A stretch of 64,000 nt of DNA from Ramazzottius varieornatus (lineage: Eukaryota > Animalia > Tardigrada). Both the position numbers and the translations under genes were made by a program. Shown in pieces: positions 27,101 to 44,993 of the stretch. Position 1 is the stretch's first letter; every line of letters begins with the position of its first letter. The stretch spans positions 3,895,624 through 3,959,623 of the forward strand of contig BDGG01000001.1 in the NCBI GenBank assembly GCA_001949185.1. The letters run 5' to 3'. The notes under the pieces are model-generated. The model did not search any database. It saw nothing but the letters and a program-made list of their open reading frames with translations, and was not told where the DNA came from.

Positions 27101-27308
27101 GAGTTCACTCCCAGTTTTGTGATTCGCAATTTCGTAGGATCTGGGTAAAACAGTCGATCTGCACTAGAGAGGCTGACCGGCATCAGGATGTCCATGTTAT
27201 CTTTGGGGATTGCGTGAGATGGCGACAGAGGAAGAGGCGCCTGTGAAGCAGGGGAACAAAGTTGCTTTCATTGTGGATTTCAGAGTACATCAAATCGCGA
27301 CTGACCAT
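24115..27308 (-). CDS. Receptor tyrosine kinase with FN3-like ectodomain (5' end uncertain)
   Basis: Kinase motifs [61 protein letters not shown] and CW...RPDF. TM is MILVGVCLLIGAFFLLLLGCWF followed by KRRRARR. The FN3-like exon reads APEPSNLTI...LTWEPP...YQVYW. Confidence 0.88.
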
Positions 27309-28002
27309 GCTGCAGAAGACGAAGATACAGAACGCAAGAGGCCTGTTACGTTACTCGTTTCGAGAATAGCTGCTCAGGCACCGGAAGAAAATGGCTGAAA
27401 TCGGAAAGCAAGGAAGTTTCCAATTTCTCGTCTGAAGAAGGTGACAAATCTCGAGCGTCGAGACAGAGAGGCTCGGGGATGACGTCGTTTGATTGAGTTC
27501 ATTCAGTGCAGTGGCTGACAAAAACATTGCCGCCAATCGACAATCAATGGATCCAGGTATGGAGCTTCTGCGGTGGACCGTGAACCAATGGGACTATGGA
27601 GGGCTCCAGGTAAGTCTGTGCGCACAAATGTGCAGCCCAGGATCGTGCACGCGCATACAGTTCTCCTAGTTGGAATGGATGACGGCTGGCGGCAGGAGGC
27701 AGACATGTCACACATGTCATGTGACTCTTCTTACTAACGAAACGATCATTCAATCAAGCGAACGTTCAACAGCCTTCTGTTAGAAGTTAGTCAATCAATC
27801 AGCGATTTTTCAATCAAGCTGGTTCGGCTTTCACAAACTTTATCTGTTTATCAAAGCCAGTCTTCGATCTCCAGAAGTCCTTGTGTCGGGATTTTGATCC
27901 TTCCGTCTTTCGTAAGAGGCTTTGCTGTTCCAGAACGGGTTGTGGAGAAGGGGACCTGCTTATCCATACTCCGATACCATACTGGTACACAGGAGCTGAA
28001 AA

Positions 28003-28674
28003 ATGGTGAGTTAAACCGATTTAAACGTGTAAGTTTTCTCGTATAATACGCATGTGCTCCTTTCTCTTTCAGACGAAAGGAACGTCTAGCTTCGGTAAAC
28101 GGCACAACAAGACGCACACGCTGTGCAGAAGATGTGGAAAGTCGAGCTACCATATCCAGAAACACCTTTGTGCTTCGTGCGGATATCCCAACGTCAGGAC
28201 GCGATCTTGTACGATTCATCCACGCGGTCAAGTCGACCACGTAATGAGGGTTGCTTTTATTTCTTCCAGACAACTGGTCAGTTAAAGCCAAGAGACGACG
28301 AACCACAGGAACTGGTAGAATTGCTCACCTGAAGACCGTATATGCTCGCTTCAAGTAAGATATACTTGGAGATCCAGTGCTGCGTTCTCGAAGAGCACGC
28401 GCGTGACGTCCTAGTCTTCAGTACTGCCGTGAACAACGCGCTCTTCTGAGTAAGACGTCATGCGCGTGCAGATAAGTATTGAAGGTCGTAGTAACACTAA
28501 AAGCCTGTATCTTGATCTTGTCAATGTTTGGCCATCGTTGCGATAGTCGGTTTGTGTCTGGCAGCTCACAGATTTTTTTATTGTAGGAATGGTTTCCGAG
28601 AGGGTATCCCTGACGTTGAGAAGCGCAAAGCGAAACTCTTGAAGAGACAACAGACTGGTCCCGCGAAGGCATAA
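28003..28674 (+). CDS. RPL37: 60S ribosomal protein L37 (eL37)
   Basis: ATG|intron, then [56 protein letters not shown] and KNGFREG...GPAKA*. Four coding exons. Confidence 0.97.
28387..28573 (+). ncRNA. Candidate structured intronic RNA (H/ACA-like) in RPL37 intron 3
   Basis: A 16-bp stem (28395-28410 with 28454-28469) is followed directly by an H-box-like AGATAA (28470-28475), further hairpins, and ACA at 28568-28570 near the 3' splice site. The intron is several times longer than the other two. Confidence 0.4.
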
Positions 28675-29341
28675 CCTGAGGTCTTCATTGAAACCGCTTT
28701 CATTTTAATGAACGTTTCTGTCATTGGAGTAGGATTGATTTCGGAGTACTCGAAGACCTGTCCAGATTTGTAGATTGACGTCTTGTAAAAGGCTTCGCCT
28801 TCACTTCAAGAGATGTTTCATCGTTTCCGGACTGAGGCAACCCTCGTCAGCTGCGAATACATCTGATTAATGAAAACTGCAACTAATGAGGAAACGTTCC
28901 CTGTTATTGAAATTCCGCTGCACTCGGTGGTCATAGCGAACTGTTTATCAACAAATATCGCAGTTAGAAACAGGTATAACCGTATAAGTACAGCCTGAAC
29001 GTTAAAAGCAGCGTTTTCCAGAGAACGAGTTCGAACTGCAGAATCTAGTATACATGAACCGACTATCAACTTCGACAAGAGCATCTCTTTTTTCTAAAAT
29101 CTCAACGCGACGGCAGAAAAAGCAACAGCATACTTCATGACTAAAACATAGTACTTCGTGACAAGCCAGCAAAATTGTCGTATCAGAATTAATGCAGCAT
29201 TTCTTCGTAATATTCTCCCTCAGCTTTCTAGTCCCAACGAGAGTGTATAAAGGCACGGGGGACAGGTAAAAACAGTACACTAGCTGCAGTAAACACAAAT
29301 AATAAAAACGAAAACACGACGGAGGAAAAGTACGGCATTTA

Positions 29342-36445
<7,104 letters not shown>

Positions 36446-37128
36446 TCAAGATACCCCAGAGGAATAACAAGAGACATGTAGCTGCATCAACCATGTAAAC
36501 TAAAGTAGATCACCATCATCGCAATGCACAGAGTGAAAGCAGGGCGAGCCACTCGACTCGTAGCTCGACTACGAGCCGATCCAATTCAAAACTTAGCACA
36601 ATCAAGCGAGGAAAATGCACATGCGAAAGAGAAAACATGAAGTCGAAGTGGAAGTCAGCCCGCTCTACGGCGAGTCAAACGGTACGTCCTTGCGTGACAA
36701 TCCTCGATAAAACAGCTGAACATCACGCGCGGCTCCCGTAAATAACGACCCGCTCACAACCGAAAAATTTCCCGTTCTACCGTGAGGATAGTTTACGGAC
36801 ACTCGTCCAAGTCTTCCCATTCACAATAGCCGATTGACTGATTCTTCCATGCACGAATTATTTTTATTCCCCACTTTGTAGTTTCTGTTCCACATCCGTC
36901 AATACTAATCCTCCTCATCGCATCGGCTAGACTTCCTCAGTTCTTCTTCAACGTTTGTATTAGATTCTTGCAGGTGGTGGTTTCCTGCATCTCGGTCTCT
37001 GTAGTGAGCTTACCGTCTCTTGCGGTTGGGAGGTGGAAGCGAGATTGCTCTGTTCGGAGCCAGCCTTGATTAGACCTTAGTTTTGCAGGTTATCTGGTAG
37101 CTTTCGTATACCAGCTCCAGCGTCAAAG

Positions 37129-38062
37129 ATGACCCCCTGCTCGCACTTGTTGTCTAAATTGCTATCTCTGCCTCCAAAGACCGTTGGCTCACCTGCTTTC
37201 GCACCAGCTTCGCGCGCCTTCCATGTGTCGTCCTTGAGAACGGCGGAAATAAAGAAGCTCAACTTCCGACCGGAACTCTCCGTTATCACCACGGACGTCT
37301 TCCCGAGGTGGGACAACAGAGCTTCGGGGGACCGCGACACTTACGGCAAGATCGACAAGACTCGACTACGGCCAGGCTATGACAAGTGCGAAGAGCAAAT
37401 AAAGAATGCGCATCCTGATGTAAGAAAGTTGTGTTCACTGGAGTACGCAATTAACAAGGAAACGAAAGACACGTACAAGAAAGATCTCCTAGCCAAAGTA
37501 CAAAGGTTTACGTCGGACGATGATTCCATCGAAGCACGAATAGCCAAAATCACGGCGCAAGTTCGCTTTGGGCAGCCACACGTTGTTAATTTTCCCGTCG
37601 GTGAGACTAGTCTTTCAACCGTTTTCAATAGAATAATATATGTTCACCGTTGGGTTTCTTCCAGGTACTCGCGATGGAAGAGGCAGATGTATCCTGAACG
37701 AAACCATAAACCGCCGGAGAAAGTACCTGAAACGTTTACGGGAATGGGACTATAACAAGTTCTGCTGGGTCCTGGAAACACTCAAGCTGGACTTTCCCTC
37801 TAACCAAGCCGTGAGAAAGACCACCAGGAAAGAAGTAGCCGAAATTCTTTCCGTGAACCAAGCGATGGAAATTCGTCGGGATAAATTGAAGACGTACCAC
37901 GAAGCTCTCAAGGCGAAGCAGACTGAGTTTCTCGCTCGGAAAGAGAGTGAACTGCAAGCGGTAACCGACGAAGAAAGACAGATCCAGGAAGAACTGGAAA
38001 TGTTAAAGAGCCAAGAAGGACAATATGAAGAGAAAACTGTTAGATTAGCAATGTCGAGTTAA
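37129..38062 (+). CDS. MRPS15: 28S mitochondrial ribosomal protein S15 (uS15m)
   Basis: Transit-peptide-like N-terminus (...SRAFHVSSLR), S15 core DDSIEARIAKITAQVR, an intron, INRRRKYLKRLREWDYNKFCWVLETLKL, and a coiled-coil tail. Confidence 0.85.
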
Positions 38063-38084
38063 TCTCCAGTGTATCTTGTTTTAT

Positions 38085-40996
38085 TCATATTAGCGTAGTT
38101 TTGAGTGCGACCATCACAGAAAAACTAACAAGCCAGCTGCCTACGCATTTGTACAAAACTTTCGGGGCAAAAACTGTCCATATGAATAAATGACGACGCT
38201 GAAGCGTTACATTTGTCAGAGTTATCAAAAGAAAGACACCGTCAATCAGGAGGAGCATAGTAACAGTCAACAAAAGCGAACGGTTATCAAGCATAGATCC
38301 CACAACCTGAGCTAAGCTCGCCATCCAGAAAATCGGTCCCGCATAAGTGTGTGCGAGGATAAGGAACCCATGTAGTGGCGCGAAGTAGAAGGGTACTGCG
38401 GCAAAGCCCGCTGAAACGTCAATGCTCGAAATGGCGTTGGAGTTTCCCAACAGGAAAAACGTTGAGGAAGCGTGGAGGTAGTAGAGGAATATGATGGAGA
38501 GAAGCGGTAGTTTGGAACGACGAGAAACCTTACGGAGTTGATATTCTAGAAGCTGGACGAGGGTTAGTGCAGGAATGTTGTACGAACGGGAAATAATCAG
38601 CGTCAGGAGGTTGAAGGCATCCCTTAGACAGGTCCACTCATCTGGCCCGAATTTCGGACGAAGCCCAGCGATCTTTGTGAGCATGAAGAAGTACGCGAAC
38701 CAAGCGAAACTAGAAAAAACGAGGCATTAAACGAAAAGAGCGCATCCAAAGGAAACGCCAAGGTCCAAGCTACGTATCATCGCATCAAAACTCCGTAGTT
38801 TTTCAATATATATAGGTTTTACTGGACCTACTAGTCATTCGTAGAAACATGGTAAAGGGTTCCGCAGACCAGGCCAAAAACCATCATGACGTCCGGAACA
38901 CGAAGCCACACTTGTATGATGCAGCAGACCAATAAGGAAGCTGTCAGAACAATCGACTGCTCTGGTCTGGAAAACAAACATTCGTATTTTGATGGTACAA
39001 AGGTACTTTCTGAAGAACCCGGAAGTTCATGGCAGAAGTTACCATTTTAGCTTACTGGCGAATCCAGTCTCCAACATCCGGAAGGTGCGCCCACTTGTCC
39101 CCTGTCCGGTTCCATTCACGAAGAACTCGGTGAAGGACAAACATCATTCCCAGTCTTCCAGCTTGATTGCCGTAACCTGGACAGGACTTTAGGGTCTGTA
39201 CTAGCAAGACTGCATAAGACAGAGGTACCCAGTAGTACCAAAGCTGATGTTCCTCCTCGACGAAACTACTTCCGCACAGTGAAAACACATGGAAGACTGT
39301 CAGAAGCAAAACAGCGTTTGGGCATTCGACAAAGAAGGACGGCCAAAGTTGCAAGAACGTATGCAGGAAGACAGCAGTGAGGATAGCCAGAAGAACCAAA
39401 GCAGAGAGCATACTGAACATCCCATAGTCGGAGGAAGCTGCAGACAAATTTTCGGCGGCCTCTTTGCAGATTTCCAATAGCTCTTCGGTCATTTTTATGT
39501 CCTGATTGTAATCATTCGGTTCGCAATGCAACTTCTGCGAAATCGTCAGCCGTTCGTGGATCAGCCTATGCGGTAATTTGGTTTTGAGCTGGTTCGCTAA
39601 ACTGCATACGGCTCTTCGCGTAGCGGTGCTAGAGTTTAACATCTCTGCCACCACTGGAAGAATTACCACACCTATGTTGTCTCGAGGAATGGGTGTATCC
39701 ATCAAGACCGAGATGGTCGAAGCCAGATCGACCTGATCGATTACTGGCAAGGCTACCTCCTCAGTGCCCGTCTGACTGCGACTGTCGTTGGTGACAGAGA
39801 ACTGCGGCGAAAGGAAGACCATGGGAGTATCTATCTCGGAGGAGGAAGTCCCACCATGACTTCCGGCATCCTACAATAAAGCCAAATGAATTGATAACAT
39901 ATAAGGATCAAAGACCTCAGTGATGGTAGATGGTCCTTATCACGGCACAATGTACCGTCATTCCGTGATCACCGAGAACGACCAACAGGGACTTTCCAGC
40001 AAAGCTCCGAAGGTATGAAAATATCTCCTCCAAGATATAGTCGTAGTAGCGAAGTTTCTGAGGCACCAGCGTACTATGCGGACCCCACAAATGCCCAATG
40101 TGGTCCAGGCCAAGGTAATGAAGTATCATCACATCCCAATCATCACGCAAGAGCTCGGTATGGACATTCCGTGTGACGTTGAAATCCACCTGCAAAAATA
40201 CTGATATCAAGTTCAGGAGTCTTGCCACAGTAAAATATTCGTTTACTAAACTAATCTGATCGGAAAGCAAGCACCTGATACTGTAAATTGTACCTCGGTA
40301 TAGTCGTTGACGTAAAAGGAAGAAACTCCTTCGGACCGAACGAACGCCTTTGGAAACATACGAAGCCAAGTATCGTCACCGTGGAAGACTGTCCGAAGGC
40401 CCGCTTTATCCAACTGTTCCACGAAGTTATCCTTGACGGATGTATGCGTGCCGAAGTTAGTAATCACCTCCGCAAAGTTCGGAATGGCTCCCGTGGTCAA
40501 CGCCTAAATAAGTCAGACTGTCTGATCAATTCCGATTAAGTGAGTCACCGAATGAACATACCTTGAGCCGAGGCAGAGTGACCGTCGGCGTCCGAGCTCT
40601 GGCGAGAAATCCTTTGGCAGAACCATCGCGTAGACGCTGATGGAGGAGAGTGAGTCCCGAAGTATTTCCGGTGACAAAGTCTAAGCGCAGAGCATCAATA
40701 AGGAAAATGACCACTTTGTCCAGATGATCTTTTCCAGCGGTTACTATCCTGTCCCGCCGAGCCGAGTTTTCATGCGGTTCGACTGCCTCCTCCGACACGC
40801 TTCCCGTAGCTGCGGATTTACTGATCCGTTGGAATCCATCCAGAATGGATACGGAGAGAAATCCGGTCAGGAAGATAAAGATGGCAAGTGCGTATAACGA
40901 TGTTGAAGCGAACAGCACAGCGCGACAAGGGCTCACGTTCATGCTGTTGGCAAGCCCCGATTCCCACTGTCCCGGTTCCTTCATGGCTGCAGACAT
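38085..40996 (-). CDS. PIGG: GPI ethanolamine phosphate transferase 2
   Basis: KVVIFLIDALRLDFV, PTVTLPRLKALTTG (the PIGG form, not PIGO TTTMQR), GDDTWLRMFP, SFYVNDYTEVD, LHYLGLDHIGH, GDHGM, SSFVEEEHQLWY, GNSNAISSIDV, RRHLFIWTVFAPKVLY. Confidence 0.92.
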
Positions 40997-41214
40997 CACG
41001 CCGCGTTAGACATATCTCTTGCCCGAATCGTAAACATGCAGACTGACGCCCTGAACTTGAAACTCGCGATCGAAGTTGAAAAGCAATCTCAATTCTAAAT
41101 AAACAGACTGAACGTACCGGAAGTGTCATGTTATACATGTGTTCAACGAATTGTAACATTTATTTAACTCAGTGCTTTTCTGATCAATCAACAATCAACC
41201 TTTATCTATCTGCT

Positions 41215-42059
41215 ATGGCGAATCCATCTGCTCCTTCAGAAGAGCAGCTGGTAGCAAATCTGAAATTTATGAAGTTGTCTTGCGTCGGGACCGAGGATGA
41301 GCTCCTAAAAAGATGCAACACGCCCATGGAAGGGATGGCTGAAGTATTGGGGCATCATTGTCGAGAGGAACTCAAGCGGACATGGCCGATCCAAATGTAC
41401 CAGCCCATGGAACACCTTCGATACCAAGCTGAGCAGATCAGCCGCCTGGAGAGCCTACGTGGAATCCCTACTGGAGCTTCAGAAGACCGTCAAAGCTCTA
41501 CAGGTAAGCCAGGAATCCATCTTGGGAAGATTGTCCTTGCTGGAAAATATCCCCCAACGGCTGCCTGTCCCGCCATATGAGCCTCCTGCAACCAAGGCTA
41601 GTGTCCCCAGTGTGACCCAGGCTACCGCCACCGCAACGCCCGTAGTTTCCCCAGTCAAGGCTATCACCACTGCAACCTTTGCTGCCGTTGCTGCGCGGAT
41701 CCCAGCCATCCGAAAACCCTGCTGTCCGGCGAAAGGCAACCCGCGTTGTTGTAAGAGGTACGAAGGAGGCTGATGAAGAAAGTATAACAGCCAACCCGCT
41801 GCGAGCCAAGAGGCCGCCGGGTCGTGATTTCGCCATTCGGGGTGTCCCGAGACACGTAACCGCTGAACAACTGAAAGATTACCTGCAAGGCATCGGAGTG
41901 AAGCCTCGCTTCGTCCGGATAGTTCCTGTTGGCCCTGACGACACTAAGTCTTCCACGGTTGGTCGCATCGGAGTCTTCGCTAACGATGTGGACCTTGTCC
42001 TGAAAGCCGAGAACTGGTCGTCCAACATCAGCATCACTCCTTGGAAGTTCGGTCTATAA
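41215..42059 (+). pseudogene. Frameshifted remnant resembling non-LTR retrotransposon ORF1 (coiled coil, Ala/Pro/Thr linker, RRM-like C-terminus)
   Basis: Three overlapping intronless ORFs in different frames read as one protein: LLELQKTVKALQVSQESILGRLSLLE, TFAAVAAR, FAIRGVPRHVTAEQLKDYL...RIGV...ENWSSNISITPW. No reverse transcriptase follows. Confidence 0.5.
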
Positions 42060-42250
42060 CTGTGAACCGAACGGCTAACCAAATTTTCTCGCTGTGTGTT
42101 ACAAATTCTCCTTTAGTCTCTCTAGCTGGCACTCCAAACGGATCTATTTGTTGTCTTGGACCTGAATGATCGATCTTTATAACGATACTCGTTCCTGATC
42201 AGCCGGGTGACTCTGTTTGGTTACTGTAACTTTTTCCATCATCGTGCCGA

Positions 42251-44716
42251 CGAGGGCATTTTTCCAATCCGCCGCCTCTGATCCTCAAACCGACATCACA
42301 GGTGGATAGAAAAGAGTTTTCTCTATAGTCTGATCCGGAAACCTGGTCATATTTCCGTTCCTGGAATAAAGTGCAGGAACCGGAAGTTACGTCAAAATTC
42401 CAACACAGGTGGCGCTACAGGTTAACCTGTTACTTCCGTCCTCGTAAAGATATCTAGTGGAAAATTCAGAGAAACATTAAGGCAGGTAGATGGTACAGAA
42501 ATGATGAACATCATAGAAATGGTGAAAACAGAGGCGACCTTTGCACCACCCACAGACCAGAAAGACAGTATTCTTACAGTTATTATGAATGCAGCGGCCA
42601 TTCAGCTTCTTGAACATGAAGCTTGCGGAGATCACATACTGTACCCGTTCATCCGTATATCCCGACTTGAACCAGGCACGTACAATCAGGTTCTCGAATC
42701 TGGGTGACTGAAACTGCTGATACAGTAAGGAATGAAGTTTCAGGATTACGTCCCCATGATGGATATGTACAGGAACATCATTATCAAACACGAAATTTGA
42801 GATCTTTTTGAAACATCCCTTGTACATCCGGAAGCACAGAACATCCAACGGCTGGATACTACCAGTCACTTTGGGAGGTATGGTGATCATCTCGTACTGC
42901 AGCTCTTCGGGCATGAGTTCGATAACAGCGCCCTGATCGGTGAACGGATACAGCGGTCTTCCATATGCGGAAACAACACTTTTTCGGACCATTCCAGGTA
43001 GAGCTTCTTCGTCATTTTTCCCGATGTCGACGCAGTGATGTACAGGTTATCAGCTTTGAACATAGTTTTCGACACGATTGGGCCAAAGACTCCTTTTTCT
43101 TCTTTCAGGGTGATGAACAAAATAGGATGAAACTTTCGTATGCCGGGAGAGATTGTTATCATGACAGTATAGGAATGAGTCATGGAATTTTCGGACTGGG
43201 TTATAGCCTCGACGTGTTTCACGCCTTTCTGCTCCAAAGTTCTCCCGGGCCCCATCTCATATTCAAATCCCGACTGATCCGTGTTCCAAAGACAGTCCAA
43301 TCCGTGCTCCGCTACTCTGGATCTGACCAGCGCAACACACTCTTCTGCACTTTGCTTGACTTGGGGAGCTGCTTCGAGGGACTTCTTTGTGACGAACTTC
43401 GTTATCTTTCGATCAACTATTTCGTGGTACCTGCCGAAATAGCATAAATGTCATCGGAACACTGCCAGCAAATTGGAAAAGGTCGTTTTTTTCAAGTGGC
43501 GCCGCTGTCACTTATTGAGTACGGTAACGTGCGCTACTTGAACTGACGATTCAGGTGAAATCGTTGGCCGACGTTCAAATACAGAAGATTTGCCTTCGTT
43601 AAATCGATAAGTAAATTCTTGCACGATATCAATTACCGTTTGAATTTTAACACCCGGTACGGCGAAGCGGTGAAACCAGGTAGATCCACATCATTATTCG
43701 CGGTTATCGCCCATCGTTGAAGATCCAAATCCTTGACTACTTGTCTCTTCTGCTTGGCCATGAAGTACTGCTTTGCTGTCTCCAAGCGAATGACTTTCAA
43801 TTTGTCGAATCGGGATCCGCCTTCAGCTAGCTGTTTCTTCCAATCTCTTAGCTGTCGTTCGTCCCGAACTTTTGTGAAATGGTTTCGGACTGAAGACAAG
43901 CTCCGCCGTTTCTTTGCTGTAACGTTACACCAGTAATCAACAGCACGTTTCTTGTAGTCGAGATTGACAGCTTGGCTTGACGGAACTCTTGGATCTGAGA
44001 GTCGCGGAACAAATATTTCGTGGGACGAAGGTTCAGTGTCACTTGTAACGGGCTCGTTCAAGCGATCATCTTCGAAGAAATAACGTTCAGCGCTACCGTT
44101 CAACAGGTTAGCATCACCCGCCGTCTTTTCAAAGTCGTCGAGCTGTAGGTCCCCCTGCAAGTCCTCTTCAACCTCCAGCACAGGACTGTCGCTTCGAGCA
44201 ATTTTGATGTCAATAAGATCTAGAATATTCGAACAATCCGGTGAAACAAAACCTCTTACTTCTGCACTGAACCTTCGGAAAAATACCTACCTTTGATAAG
44301 GTCTTTCAGCTGCTTGTCCGCTTCACTTGGCGCATCGTCCGGTTGATACCGGTGTTTGTATTCCTCTTCCAGGAGCTTCAGCACGTTCAAGGGATTGATG
44401 GAGTACATCGCAGTGTTGTGGGAAGATTATGGAGGAGAGAATCAACAAAAGATGCGTCATGCGACAGCGACAAGCTCATATGATGGAAGGAACAATCGAT
44501 TTTGGTTAATTAACTATGAGTCAATCAAACTTATTGATTGTGCCTCGGTCAATGTACAGTACCGCCCTAATTTTGACGTAACTTCCGGTTCCTGCAGTTT
44601 ATTCCAGGAACGGAAATATGACCAGGTTTCGGATCAGACTATAGAGAAAACTCTTCTCTATCCACCTGTGATGTCGGTTTGAGGATCAGAGGCGACGGAT
44701 TGGAAAAATCCCCTCG
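42251..44716 (-). mobile_element. Tc4/Tc5-like (pogo superfamily) DNA transposon, defective, with ~150-bp TIRs
   Basis: Near-perfect inverted repeats at 42251-42399 and 44569-44716, beginning CGAGGG. Flanks C-CGA and TGA-G fit a CTNAG target with TNA duplication and one mismatch. An internal HTH plus DDE transposase is present. Confidence 0.88.
42477..44408 (-). pseudogene. Intron-containing pogo/Tc5-type transposase, disrupted
   Basis: MYSINPLNVL..., an intron, an HTH region (YKKRAVDYW; FTASPYRVLKFK), a second intron, WNTDQSGF, THSYT, STSGKMTK, QPLDV, and a Cys/His C-terminus CxxxC...CGWC...CFHHF. Frameshifts lie near 43430 and 42950, the latter where the second catalytic Asp is expected. 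Confidence 0.8.
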
Positions 44717-44993
44717 TGAGTAGACTTTGATCCTCTTAACATCGTCGACTGAATTGTCGAGGCTAATAAAATTCCTTCCTTGTGTCGAGCGTGACATGAC
44801 GTAAGATGGACATAACATAAAATATCGCTGCCGTGAGTTCCGTAATCTGTTTAGCATTTAACTTGTTTCCTACGTCACATCAACGCGATCCTTTCTTTTC
44901 TGGAATATTTCAGCTTCGTTCCATTCTGTGGTGAATTTGTTTCGCAGGTTGGACTCGAGTGATCCAGATCAACTCCCAGCGGACGTGGAAAAG

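Noticed and set aside
27851-28306. 151-aa ORF antisense to RPL37
   Set aside because: It crosses RPL37 introns, has no protein-like motifs and uses a non-ATG start.
28387-28573. Identifying the intronic RNA as U17/snR30 or a C/D box snoRNA
   Set aside because: The AUAUUCCUA and AAACCAU motifs are absent, and no terminal RUGAUGA/CUGA pair was seen.
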